A DNA stretch of 64,000 nt from Takakia lepidozioides (Eukaryota > Plantae > Bryophyta). The stretch lies in contig CM060731.1 of NCBI GenBank assembly GCA_030704615.1, forward strand, positions 3,534,001-3,598,000, in the 5' to 3' direction. The notes beneath the pieces were generated by a model. It made no database searches and was not told the origin of the DNA. It saw nothing but the letters and a program-made list of their open reading frames with translations. Shown one piece after another: positions 51,192 to 63,800 of this stretch (the stretch's first letter is position 1; every line of letters begins with the position of its first letter). The position numbers and the translations under genes were made by a program.

Positions 51192-53382
51192 CTTAGGATG
51201 GGGTGCTCCATTCCAATATTCATGGCTAGTGGTTTTTGTTCTATACCCTTGGAATCATTCGGAAAAAGTGTACAACTTTACCACATTCCATCGGCTGGCG
51301 CACATTAGTCAGCTAGACTGCAATTTGCATAAATTCAACAGCAGACATTTGTGAACTCTAGTTCATGGATTATGAATGAAAATTGAAGATATTTTGTTTG
51401 TAACTTTGGGCCCATACTTCATTCACATCATCCTTGCAAATCCACAGTGGTAAACAGCAGTACAACCCACCCTCGGGGTTCAAACTGACTGAGCAATATT
51501 TGCACATTGATAAGACCTCTCCAAAACTCAAATTTCACAAACATTCAAAATGCAGTCTTCATTGTGGTGTTCCAGGGACACCCAGCCATGATCAATAGGT
51601 AAGTCTATGCTCTCATCTCCCAATTCAGCTGAAACGTCCCAAATTATACTAAGCTACAGTGAAGCAAGGCTTGTCTTTAGAAGTGTATATTAGCATCAAT
51701 CATGGGATTGCATAGCACAGCAAAATCCATTAAGAACTTGTCTTCAAGTACTCGAGGAACTACTTGGCAATATGTCTTCAAAGGGTGTTTGTACATACTC
51801 ACTCGCAGGTAACAACAGTCTTTACCTTGCAACTCTCAAAAGCTCGGCCTTTTTCTTCTTCGGAATAGGAACTAATATCTAGAGGGCCCATAGAAAAACT
51901 TGTCATTCCTCAGCACATCCGAGCCATCAGTAGATCACTCCCCACCACAAGCACAAGAATTGTCTCAAGCAAGTGGCTCCCCCGACTGTCACGAAAATGA
52001 TCTCAAAATTTTATGTGGAAGAATGTGAGATGAGTCTGGATGGTATGCTTTCTTAAATATGCAAGGTGAGATGCAATACCAGGAACGCGTTGTAGGTCCA
52101 TTGCGAGGACACCCGTACACACTGACTAGTGCTCAGGAAGGGATGGCAGCTGTGCTTTGCCTGTTTACTCGTACTCTACTGCAGTACGTACCTTCGCTCA
52201 TCGCCAGCAAATACTGCAACGGGCCGGCTCGAGCCAACAAAGTGAATCTTTAGTGTCATTTATGCGACAAATTGGCATGATACAGATGGTACTAGAAATG
52301 GTCTGAGTTTCAGATAGCCTGCTTAGTAACTTCCGCACAATGTACCTGGCACCTGATACACACCTGCACACGATACATGGAGCACTACCTATTACCCACT
52401 CCCTTACACCCTCCTCTCTCTCTCTCACCACAAACAAGAAAAAGTGCACATGTCAGATTCATGATCTCACCTGGAGACGATGTTTGATGAATGGAAGAGA
52501 TCACCATGCCGTAGCCGTGCAACTATTCGCAAGCGACTGCCCACCCAACACGATATATGGATTCCATGCATGCTGATCAGCAATCAGCTGGAACGAGACA
52601 TGCGTGGATTGCCGGAGGCTCCTTTCAGACAGCAGTACGTCCACAGCACTTCACACACCTCATGACTAAAGGTGACTTCATACGGAGCAATTTCGTGAAC
52701 CCAGGCAGTGTTCATGACATGGTGAGGCGAGCTACCGGCCTCACAACCCGACCAGCAACCTTTTAGTTGAGCTAGTGGGATTGCCTCTATGTCTATGTTG
52801 AGCACACTTTCTCTTGCCTTGTACTTTCACCTGCAAAATGCCAAGCCCTCATCATTCCCCACCTCTTTTGAACCTAGGAGAAATCTCCCTCCATCAGAAT
52901 ACACTCAGCGCGAGTACCTTGTTACACCATATTTACTGCAGCATGAAGCAAATACAGCCTAAGAGACCTTGCCGTCATCACTGAGGGGCACGAAAAGCGT
53001 GGCGGGACTGTCGATTTCTCTCGGACAGAGTCAACAATGCTGTTCACCATCATTTTGTCATTTCCTTCGACAATCTATAATACTGCTCATCCTTTTCTTA
53101 TTCTGATTGACAGCCCTAAATCCGGACATGCCCATCCTTCTGTCTACCCTACAAAGGATTGGTTTTTCTTGAGTTGCCAAGGCGGGGTTAAACTTGGCGT
53201 GCGTGGAAGCAATGACTGTATTTATGCAGAAAGCAAACTCGGGTCTTTCCATCTCTTTATATATATAAGCAGGTGTGAGGTTAGACTGTCTTCTTGTTCT
53301 CTTCCTTCCTTCACAGATTGGAAGTTGTGGAGGGAGAGGAGTGCTAAGTTGAAAAGAGCTTCTCGAAAGCAAGGCCGTCAAT

Positions 53383-54596
53383 ATGCCTAATTCCAAGGGT
53401 GGTCGTTCATTGGGGCTCTTAAGGTATCCTCATGATCGACGACGTCGAGTCATGGACAAGGAGGTGTGGAGGAGGCTGCCCTGCGACTTACTGGACAGGG
53501 TGTTGGCATGCCTATCTTGTAGATCTCTCTATCGCTTACTGTTGGTGTGCAAGCGGTGGCTATCCCTGCCTGGATCTCCTGGTTTTATACATCTCTGGAA
53601 CCAAGCAGGTCCCCGTCGAATCGACCCATATTTCTTGTTCAGTTTGTCAGATCCCCGGGAGAACGTGGAGGTTCTGAACTTTTATGATACAAGATGGACC
53701 TCCAATTGCTTCATCAGTGCAAAGGACGTGAGAGAGATTTGTTTTGGTCTACAGATGGAGGGCTGTTTTGCATCCACTCAGTTTCTTCATGCGAGGCCGG
53801 TTTATGCTTGACCGTCTTGAACCCGATCTCGAAATGTTACAGACGGTTACCTGACGTGCCTTGCAGCCCAAGGAGTTCTGTATATGAACTGGATTGCACT
53901 ATCGGTGGGTACAAGAGTATAGTGGTAGAGCTTATGATGCCTGGGGAAATAGTACGAAATGGTGGAAGAAACAAAACGTTGGTGTATGCTTCCATCTCCA
54001 ACTTATGGAAAGAGATAGCAAACATGCCTGCACCTCCGCTGGATGAGGGATGGAGGTGGACTTCCTCAGGCACTGCCAAATGTGGCAATGTTATGTATGT
54101 TATGATCTTTCCAGCCAAGGATAAACCATATCCATCTCCACCAACCTACAACCAAAGATTGTTTGCTTGTGACATGGGTACTGAAATTTGGGCGGAGGTG
54201 GGGTTTCCCAGTCACTCACATCGATCTGTAGATTTCATAACGGTGATGGAAAGTCGGGGCCGCCTGTTGATAGCTGGGCAGGCTTTCGACGACAGTGACG
54301 CCCACATGCTTACTCCTTGTTTATGGGAGTTCAATATCTGCAGTGGAGAACTGTGGAGGCAATTGGCAAAAATTCCTGATAAACTGTTACATGATTTCCT
54401 TGCACTTGTTCCTAACCATTCAGGCATATGGCATGCGGAAGGGTGTGGTGACCAGGTATTCTTGAGAGACTGGGATTACCCATGGCAATCACCAAAGACG
54501 TTGGTATTTGACTTTCTGCATGAATCCTGGATATCTGATCACAACAAAATGGACACATGGCTTCCGAGGTCCTGGAAGTCCGGAAAGTTTGTGTAG
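53383..54596 (+). pseudogene. F-box (kelch-like/FBA-type) gene split by one frameshift
   Basis: F-box VWRRLPCDLLDRVLACLSCRSLYRLLLVCKRW. The second frame has STDGGLFC, VLNPISKCYRRLP, MESRGRLLIAG. Removing one GA from (GA)4 at 53730-53737 joins the two frames. TATA-like TATATATAAG near 53258. Confidence 0.85.
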
Positions 54597-54740
54597 GAGT
54601 AAATGTATAGTTTTGAAAGATGATATGTCTAGCTTTCCACAGCCCATTATGCTTAGCTTATAGCTCTTGTATAGTAAACCTTTTCATGCACGTTTTGCAT
54701 GTACTGCATCAAAAGTGCAGGAGTTCCTTATCCACGACGT

Positions 54741-55700
54741 TGGTCATGATACATACCAAGCCTCAAGCAAGCAACAGGGTTGGGGAAGAATTGGGCAAAC
54801 AAGTAGAGGGGCTCCTCCAATGACTTCAGCTCCAGGGAATTAATGCATTGTAAACCTGTCACATCCAGCTTTCATTGATTAGTTTTGCTGTGGGTGTGCA
54901 CAGCCCCGAGGCTTGCCAGTATTCATTAGGTAGATAGAAAGGTGCACCTTTTTGCGAACTATTTGATGAAGTGGAAATTTCAGCTAGGAGGTTTAATGAC
55001 CGGATGCCAACTGAGAAAGAAGAACCTCAGATTTTCACCATGAAAGACAATTTGCTTTTGTGAATCAGACAACATCAGCCTAGAACAAAAAAGGGCATCA
55101 ATGAAATCTGGAGGTCCTAGAGATGTGAGCTAAACCAATACTTTGAGATAGTATGTGCAATATACCATGACAGAGGAGAAGATAATGTGACTGGAGTGTC
55201 AGAGCTACACAGAAGTTCTCAGTAGAGTAAGTACCTGCAAAAGACAATAAAAACTCAATACTTGTCCAGATGAATGTAAAACTTCTCTTTGAACAGCTTT
55301 GTGTTTGAGTTCAAACCAACCCTGGGAATGTTTGTCTCTCAACCTCTAAGGGTCAACAACGCGATCGAGAGAGAGGAAATAAAGAGATTTCTTATGTCCA
55401 TGGGGAAGCCTGAACTTAGGGGAAAAAAAGAGATAAGAAAAGAACGTTATCACGTCCACAGAGTGCCAACAGTCCTTGGAGAATACATGACCAAGTATTG
55501 CCAGAAGACGAAGTACCTCATGCAGATAGGCCACAAGGCACTTCAGATCTTGAAAGTTGAAGGCCCCCACCAAAGATTCGGAAACTCGAAGGAGTATAGA
55601 AGGCATCGAGACCAATTTCCTGGAACCTGAAGGCCCCCGCAAAGATTCGGAAGCTCTGAAGAGACAATTGTACCTCCCTAGAATGAAAGACGTCATCGAG
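54741..55700 (-). pseudogene. Duplicated fragment of CRTISO (exon 3 plus much of intron 2)
   Basis: Co-linear with ~46716-47490 in the same orientation. The exon copy has a 1-nt deletion (GGAATTAAT vs GGAATTCAAT), and there is an extra ~200-bp segment near 55225-55430. Confidence 0.9.
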
Positions 55701-55850
55701 ACCAATCTGCCTCATCTTCAGCATTTTTCAGTGCAGCTTCAACCTCAGAATTTGAAAGCTCTTTTTGTTCAGAGTTTCTAACAGAAGCAGCTCCTAAGGT
55801 GTCACGAGTGGAGACTGGGACAAAGGCTGCTGCGACCATTGAGATTTCAG
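55700..55850 (-). pseudogene. Short PIE1/SWR1 coding fragment
   Basis: AASVRNSEQKELSNSEVEAALKNAEDEAD, with nucleotide similarity to 61030-61165. Confidence 0.85.
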
Positions 55851-56507
55851 TGAGATTTCCGATAACTAGAAAGTAACTAGGTGGAATAACTAGAAGATAA
55901 CTAAAACAACTAGATAGACAATCATGAATCATGAAAATAATTGTAGACACATTGGAAGCTTACCAGGCAGACCTCTCGATTTCCACATGCATTTTTGTCA
56001 CCACCCAGATTGGTTGCAAACGGTTCATGGCGCATGTTGCTCCAAAGCCATCCACGCTAATACCTACTTACAGCAACACGCGACAAAGTTGCGGTCAATC
56101 AACCCACCCACTATGTAAATCTTAGAGGCATCCAGTTTGTCTAGAACATGCTCAGAGTCGGCTGTAAGGTACATACCAGATCCTCACCAAAGCACAAAGC
56201 AATGTATAGGTGTCGGAAATCCTCTTTCAACCATGACCAAATTTCCTCGGTGTGCTTCCAAGCAATTGAATTTGGTCGAATCTGGTTTTATACATCGTAA
56301 AAGTTCTAAGCTTGGCAGGTACCGTTGTTGCAATAATTTGGCCACAGCAGTTTGTCTTCGTAGCTAGAGTTTGTCTACATACCTAGGACAATGACAGTCT
56401 TGTAGTAGGCTTGGGATGAGAATGGCGTTGTTTCGTAGTTGTTTAGTTGTAGTGTGAGCCCCACTTGTGCACTTGCATACCTTGCGCCAATACTCTCCAA
56501 GTAGCGC

Positions 56508-57636
56508 GGGGTCTTGTCATACAGGCGTCATATGCGTCTTGCAGATACGAGGACGGCTCCATTGGAGAGCGATCACAATCCAGACCATGAGTGGCCTATT
56601 CACTTTTTTTTCTTGCGTCTTTAATTAAATCTGCAAATTTCGATAGATCCATAGCATAATCATAAATACTATCATGTATTTGCAAGGTTAATTTGGGTAC
56701 AGGGAATGTCGATCTCGTATCCCGGTCACAAGACGACCCAAAGTTGGAAAGGTTGGTCAGAATTCTATCTTGAGGGTGGTCTTGAATGTGAACACATATT
56801 CTTAGGTCTCTTAGAGCATGCCCAGCAGGCGCGACGGCACTTTCACGCGCCTCACCAAGTTTCGTCCCACTCGTGCGCTATCTACACGAGTTTTGGAGTG
56901 TGGCATTCTCCCCCGCTAGCTACCACTCAGCCCACTCTCACCTCAGCCTGGTGCCATTACTTCCTTCTTGTTATGATGGGTTGTGGCTGGTGCTCTTGCC
57001 AGCCCACGCGCCATCTAGCTTGCCTGCCTCACCGTACGCCTCCTTAACATAGTGATTGGGGGGCAGTTTAGTGAGCCTCATGCTCTTAGGTGTGCAACAT
57101 TTGCAGCCGCCGCCAACGCCTCGGGTGTAGCGTTAGTGAAGTCAAATTTATGCGATTTGTTTTCCTATGCGATCTGTGCAAGCTAATGAGTGATTGTAGC
57201 TAGACACACAAGACAGAGCACTGGGAGCGAATACACAAAGATGAATGCATAGTTGGCCATTGCCATGCGACTCCTTGAGTATGATCAGATTGCATAAATT
57301 TGACTTCACCAATGCTCCACCCGAGGCGTTGGCGGCGGTTACAAATGTTGCACAACTAAGACACCTAAGAGGCTGTGTTCACGTCCGAGGCCACCCTCGA
57401 GATAGAATTATGAGCAGCCTTACCAACTTTGGGTCGTCTTTTGCGCGGGGACATGAGACCGACATTCCCTGTACCCAAATTAATCCTACAAATACATGAT
57501 AGTATTTATAATTTTGCTATGGATTTATTGAAATTTTCAGATTTAATTAAAAACGCAAGGAAAGAAATGAATGGGCCACTCATCAATGTGTTTGGATTGC
57601 ACAATGACGCACATGATGCCTGCGTTACAAGACCCT
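56508..57636. mobile_element. Foldback / long-TIR non-autonomous element (Mutator-like)
   Basis: 56508-56813 plus 57089-57155 form the reverse complement (with mismatches) of ~57285-57636, around a ~130-bp spacer. No TSD identified. Confidence 0.78.
56814..57085. mobile_element. PIF/Harbinger-type (Tourist-like) MITE nested in the left arm of the foldback element
   Basis: Ends GAGCATG...CATGCTC, flanked by TTA on both sides. The opposite arm shows the empty site with a single TTA. Confidence 0.85.
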
Positions 57637-58231
57637 TACAAGACCCTGGAGGGCTATGGCCCACCATTCCCTGTACCACTCTATTCGAGGTTAGGTAGCG
57701 CGTGAGCACAAGGGCATATTCCCTAAATTTCCACAAAAATTTCCGCGAAATTTCCACAGCAAAACGAAATTGGCGAAACTAACAATTTTGCGAAACTAAC
57801 ACATAAAGAACAAGTAGCCCCTATACTTGATGAACATGTTACCCTATAAGCGTGGGTTTTTTCTTAAGTTGTGCTCACACGATATTAGGCCTTTTCATAA
57901 CAGGCATGAGAGTGGGCAGTGAGGCCTAACCTTAAATTTAAGATCATCACCCATGGGTAATTTCGCACGTCGAAACTCCGTACCAACTAGCCTGAGAAGA
58001 AATCACACTATAGCTGAATTGATGAATATGTCACTTTTAAAGGCCCTACCCATGTATATTTTTGCAGAGCGAAACTCTCTCCCCTAACAACTAATACAAT
58101 TACATATTGAGATATGCATTTGCAGTGCAAAACTCTAATCCCTGAAGAGAAGTTGGGTAGCGTGCAGTTAGGATGCTCACAAACATGAAAAAATATGAAA
58201 AATATTCTTGAGAAGCCCAGAGAAAATCGCA

Positions 58232-60135
58232 CATGTTTTTTAAGAAATACACTGTCAGACAAGAGTTTCAGGTTGAGAAACTCTTTTATCACGACAAAGC
58301 AGTTCAAATCCCTCAGTTGATATCTCTCAATATCGATTCAACAGTATGCAAGTTTTTAAACAAGAACAATGTCAGATATGAGTTTCTTGTTGAGAAACTC
58401 TTTTGTTACAGGAAAATAGTTCAATTCCCTCGATTTATATCCCTCCATATTGTCTCAAAGCATACTGGTTTTTGAACAAATATACTGTCAGACAAGAGTT
58501 TCGTGTTGAAATACTCTTTTGTTACGGCCAAGCAGTTCAAATCCCTCAGTTCATATCCCTCCAAAAAAAAATTCAGACAAGAGTTTCGTGTTGAGGAAAT
58601 GATGCAGATTTTTGAACAAAACCCATGTGTTGAGAAACTCTTTTGTCACGACAAAGAGTTCAAATTCCTCAGTCCATATCCCTCCATATTCGTTAAAAGC
58701 ATGTAGGTTTTTGAACAAAAACACTGTCATAGAAGAGTTTCGTGTTGAGAAATTTTTTTATTATGGCGAAGCAATTCAAATATCTCAGTTCACGTCCCTC
58801 CATATTAATTCAAAAGCATGTAGGTTTTTGAACAAATACATTGTCCCAAAAAAGTTTCGTGTTGAGAAACTCTTTTGTTATGGTGCAGCAATTCAAATCT
58901 CTCAGTCTACGTCCCTCGATATTGGTTCAAAAGCATGTAGGATTTTGAACAAATACACTGTCCCAGAAGAGTTTCGTGTTGAGAAACTCTTTTGTTATGG
59001 CGAAGCAATTCAAATCTCTCAGTCCACGTCCCTCCATATTGGTTCAAAAGCATGTAGGTTTTTGAACAAAAACATTGTCACAGAAGAGTTTCGTGTTGAG
59101 AAACGAAGCAATTCAAATCCCTCAGTCTATTCCCCTCGATATTGATTCAAAAGCATGCGATTTTTTGAATAAAAACACTGTCCGATAAGAGTTTCGTGTT
59201 GAGAAACTCTTTTAGTATGATGAAACAATTCAAATCTCTCAGTCCACGTCCCTCCATAAAAACATGTAGGTTTTTTAACAAGAACACTGTCCGAGAAGAC
59301 TTTCATGTTGAGAAACTCTTTTTGTTTTGGCGAAGCAATTCAAATCTCTTAGTCCCCGTCCCTCCATATTGGTTCAAAGCATGCAGGTTTTTGAACAAAA
59401 AACACTGTCAGAGGAGAGTTTTGTGTTGAGAAACTCTTTTTGTTATGGCGAAGCAATTCAAATCCCTCAGTCCATGTCCCTCCATATTGGTTCAAAACAT
59501 GCAGGTTTTGGAACAAAAACACTGTCAGAGAAGAGTTTCGTGTTGAGAAACTCTTTTGCAGGTGAATACGTTTACATCCCTCAGTTGATATCCCTCCATA
59601 TTGGTTCATGCAGTCTTTTGTGCATGTTTTTGAACCAAAACAATGTTAGACAAGAGTTTCATGTTGAAAAACTCTTTTGTGAAGGCGAAAGAGTTCAAAT
59701 CCCTCAGTTAGTATCCCTCCTTATTGTTCCAAATGCATGCAGGTTTTTTAACAAAAGCATTGTTAGAAAAGAGTTTCGTGTTGAGAAACTCTTTTGCTGC
59801 GCTGAACTAGTAGTTGATATCTGTCCATATTGGTTTCTAAAGCATGCAAATTCTTAAACCATAATACTTTAGACAAGAGTTTCGTGTTGAGAAACTCTTT
59901 TTTTATAGCAAAGAAGTTAAAATCCCTCAGTTCGTATCCATCCATATTGTTTAAAAAATATTAAGGTTTTTGTAGACAACCGCAGTCGGATAAGAGTTTT
60001 GTGTTGAGAAACTCTTTTGTTACAACAACGTATTTCAAATCTTTTAGTTCATCTCCGTCCATATTTGTTCAAATGCATGTAGTGCTTTCAATAAATTCAC
60101 TGATAGACAAGAGTTTCGTGTTGAGAAACCTTTTT
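58232..60135. repeat. Tandem array of ~117-bp units (about 16-18 copies), each with an internal palindrome
   Basis: GTTTCGTGTTGAGAAA recurs at 58737, 58854, 58971 and onward. Core AAGAGTTTC-GTGTTGA-GAAACTCTT. Confidence 0.95.
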
Positions 60136-60839
60136 CAATCTTTGAATTCATTACTAAAAATTGTCGACATTGATGTTATCAAAACGAAACAATCTCATAC
60201 CTTATCAGATTATGTGATAAAATTCGCGGTACAAGAAGGAATATCCTGGTTTTATTGATGATCTAAATGACAGATGTACATGTTAATTTAGTTCCTAAAG
60301 GAAATTTCAGTAAGCGAAAATACCATCATTTGTTATTCTGTCTATATTGTCATGTAAATCATTTCAATCAATATGGCTAAATTTTCTGCTTAATGTGTGT
60401 TTGGTGTTATTTTCGGATGAAGGAAAAAAATACATTTTCCGAGTTCTATTTAACATCACATTTTAATAGCATTAGAGTTGTATTTTGTATCAACTGCTTG
60501 TTTTCGTTGCATGAAATTGTTGCGATATTTTTTCTTTTAAGGCTCTCTTTAAACCCACCGCTGCTTAGGTTTGTGCCCATATCACCAAGTATTTCTCAAT
60601 GCGAAACTCGCCGCCACCGCTATAGGTTTAGGGTTTCTGGTTACACTATTGAAGGTTTCACCTCGCTGGATTGGTGCAGATGTACCGTATAAATGCACGA
60701 GTCCTTTATATCCGCTTATGATTTTATTCCACTCTGAAAACATATAACTCTTATGACCGAGGTTTAAAAATCATAAAACTCCCATGACGCACACGCACCG
60801 CTGTGCTCAAGCGATACCGCCCCCTCTCTCTTCCAACCC

Positions 60840-63800
60840 TTGGTAAACATCTGGAACTGCAGTTTCATTTTGTGATTTGCCTGCTGTGACTGGACCTTTC
60901 CCTCGTTCCTCCATATCCCCTCCAAAATCTTCATCATCCATATTCCCTTAAGAAACTGCTTCAGTGAATAGTGAATAGTGGGTTCTCAGTAGCTTCTCCT
61001 TGTTCGACTTGCTTCATGGCTATGTAATCTGCCTCATCTGCCTCATCCTCTGCATGTGCAGCTTCAACCTCGAAATTTGAAAGCTCATTTTGTTCAGAGT
61101 TTCTAACAGAAGCAGCTCATGAGGTATCAAGAGTGAAGGGTGGACCAAAGGCTGTTGCGACCATACCCCTATCAGCTGGCACCCCGACTTCCATTCCTTT
61201 CAGACCAGATAAGAGCTCCATTGGGTCAAGCTTTTTGAGGAACTCAGTGTTGTAGCAAGTCATCCAGGTCATCCGACATCCTCTTTTGATTCGGCTTTTT
61301 CAGGATGTTCTCCTCAGTTGCACTCTCGCTTACCAGACGGTAGATGTGGACCTCCAGCGTCTGCCCAATGCGGCAGCACTGGTCTTGCGCCTGCTGGTCT
61401 ATGGCTGGATTCTAATCAAAGTCATAAAAAATGACCAGGTCACTCACGAGGTTGATCCCATTCCCCCACCTCGTGTAGATAAAAGAGAAACATCTTGGGT
61501 TATTATTGAATTGTTGCATCAGAATCTGGCGCTGTTCCGGCTTCGTAGAGCGCGATACAGCCGCATGTAGGTATACCCATAACTGCCTTCTTTCCTCAAT
61601 CAAAGCTTGGTTCTGCAACCTTGAATCACAGCAAATTTTTCCCCATTGTATCTGAAGAAAATACTTGACTGATTTGACCCCGACAAGAGATGGACACGGA
61701 AGTCCCGAGTCCCTACTGCCTAGCACTTGCAGGTGCGATGTCGCCTTTCTCCCCAATACTGAGCTTTTGAGAACCAGATGATTCAACGGGGCTTCATCAT
61801 GAAAGGGGCGCCCATTCTTTCTCTGCAGCGCAACTCTAACAATTTCCGTTGCCATGGCATTTCCAAGGCTTCGGATGGGTCTGATGCCTCCAATGATCAC
61901 ACCAATGCTCAAAACCCTATTCTCTATTTCCTGTTGTCTAGAGAACTCCAGAGCTCCTTTCCATAAACCTCTTCTATCAAACCATTGTTGTGATTTCCTC
62001 TCCCATTCTTCATAACTGGACCTTGATCGATGCTCTCTGTGCTGGCTTCAGTGGCACTGGCTGTGAATTTTTGAGCCCTCCTTCCTCCCCTTCTACCTCT
62101 GTCACATCACCTTCCTGTACCTCTCCAACCCTGTCCGCTGTCATCTCTTCATTTCTCACAGTCAATTCCGTCGCTTCCCCTCCCCAGAGTCACTTCTGCT
62201 AGCCAGCTTGCTCTTCTCAAAATCCCTATCTACAGCTATGTCGCCCCACTTACGATCCTGAGAGAACAAAAAGAGGTCCGATTCTTTTTTCTTTGCAGGA
62301 GCCAGAGCGTCCCCAAGAACCAACACCCGGGCCGTCACTGTATCAGAAAGAGAAGCGATCAGACAGGAAGGGGGGGGGGGGGACGCCCAGGGAAGTCATG
62401 AGCGCAAAAGAGAAGAAAAAAGATGTCATGGTGTGACTGCATGAGGCTCACATTGTAAAGGAGAGAGAACCATACGGCTACAACAAGCTTCAGACTCCGT
62501 ATTCTGACACAGCCAGGAGGCCACACAAGAACACATACAACCCAACAACCACACAGACCCGTATTCTGACACAGCCAGGACGCCACACAAGGACACATAA
62601 CACCCCGTAGAGCGAGACTAGAGAGAGACCATCCAACCGCCCGCCCAAGAGCGCAGCAAGGCAGTCCAGATGGGGCAGCCTGGCAGCGCACTCTGCCAGC
62701 CACGTGAAAGCGCAGGGACAATACCTTCGACATTTTGGTCATTTGCGTGAAAATCAAAGCTCTATGGCCCTCTCACTTGAACAGCTGCAGCAATGATGCC
62801 AGCTCCTGAAGCTTTCCACAATCAAACTGTAGAAGCCGTCGGAGCTGCCTCCGTACGACCAATGTCTCAACGGAACCATCATTGCACTGGCTTCATGTCG
62901 GCACTCCTCAACCAACCTAGGTCTAAGCAGTGAGGAAGAGGGTGCTAAGTGGCTGCACCAAGCAGCAGGCACTGGTGCGCGAGCAGCTGGAATGGCAAAC
63001 ACGAAAGCTTCGATCAAATTCATTATTGTATCACAGCAGGTGAGGGGCAACTGGACCACATCTGCGATTGTGGATGAGAATTCTAAGTACCTCCGAGGGT
63101 CAGCCTTAACCTTGTGCACATCATGGACAGCATGTTCCACTTCCACCAGTTTCCGAAGGTCTGAGCCATACACAGGTCCCCGGCTGCACCGCAGGTCATT
63201 GAGGTACGAAAATGCGAGCACCTTCCTTCTCTGCCTTGCTCTTTGAGGCCTCAGCAAGGCTTGAATATCTTCCATGACACCTCGACCTCTCCACATGCCT
63301 TGTACTTTTCCTGCTGCTGATTCCAGGTGCCCTCACCTGAACTTCCTATTTCCACAATCATGGGAGCTGGGCTCGCAATCACAGCAACCTCCTCTGCTTC
63401 CCACTTGGCCATTTCACATTCCAGTTGACTAAAACACAGATGTAGCATTGTTCCATGCATAGAATCAACCTTACATAACTGTGCCTTTGGAAGTCCTTTG
63501 ATTTCTTATCTGTACAAGTAATGCTTAAATTTCTGTTTTAACACAGCTGCAAAGGGAGAATGAGCTCAACCAAGTCATAACAACATCAGTACCTGTTCTT
63601 GCCTCTCCACCATTCCTGTGATCGGGTTGCTGAACCAGTAACGAAATTCTTGGTGTGACTGAAAAACATGTGGCATAAGGAAATGCATTAGGGACCAAAG
63701 CTCCATCAGCTCATTTTGGAGTGGGGTCCCAGTAAGAAGAATTCAACGGTTTGAATTGAAGTTCAACACCGTCTGCCATCTCTGAGATTTCTAATTCTTA

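Noticed and set aside
52460-52700. Possible second F-box relic (NQLERDMRGLPEAP resembles NPISKCYRRLPDVP)
   Set aside because: Similarity is too short and no F-box motif was found upstream.
58612-59857. 177-aa and 176-aa repeat-protein ORFs
   Set aside because: By-products of a 117-bp period. Frames shift between units and no domain is recognisable.
58232-60135. CRISPR-like array (palindromic repeat at regular spacing)
   Set aside because: The intervening sequences are homologous to each other rather than unique spacers, there are no cas genes, and the context is eukaryotic.
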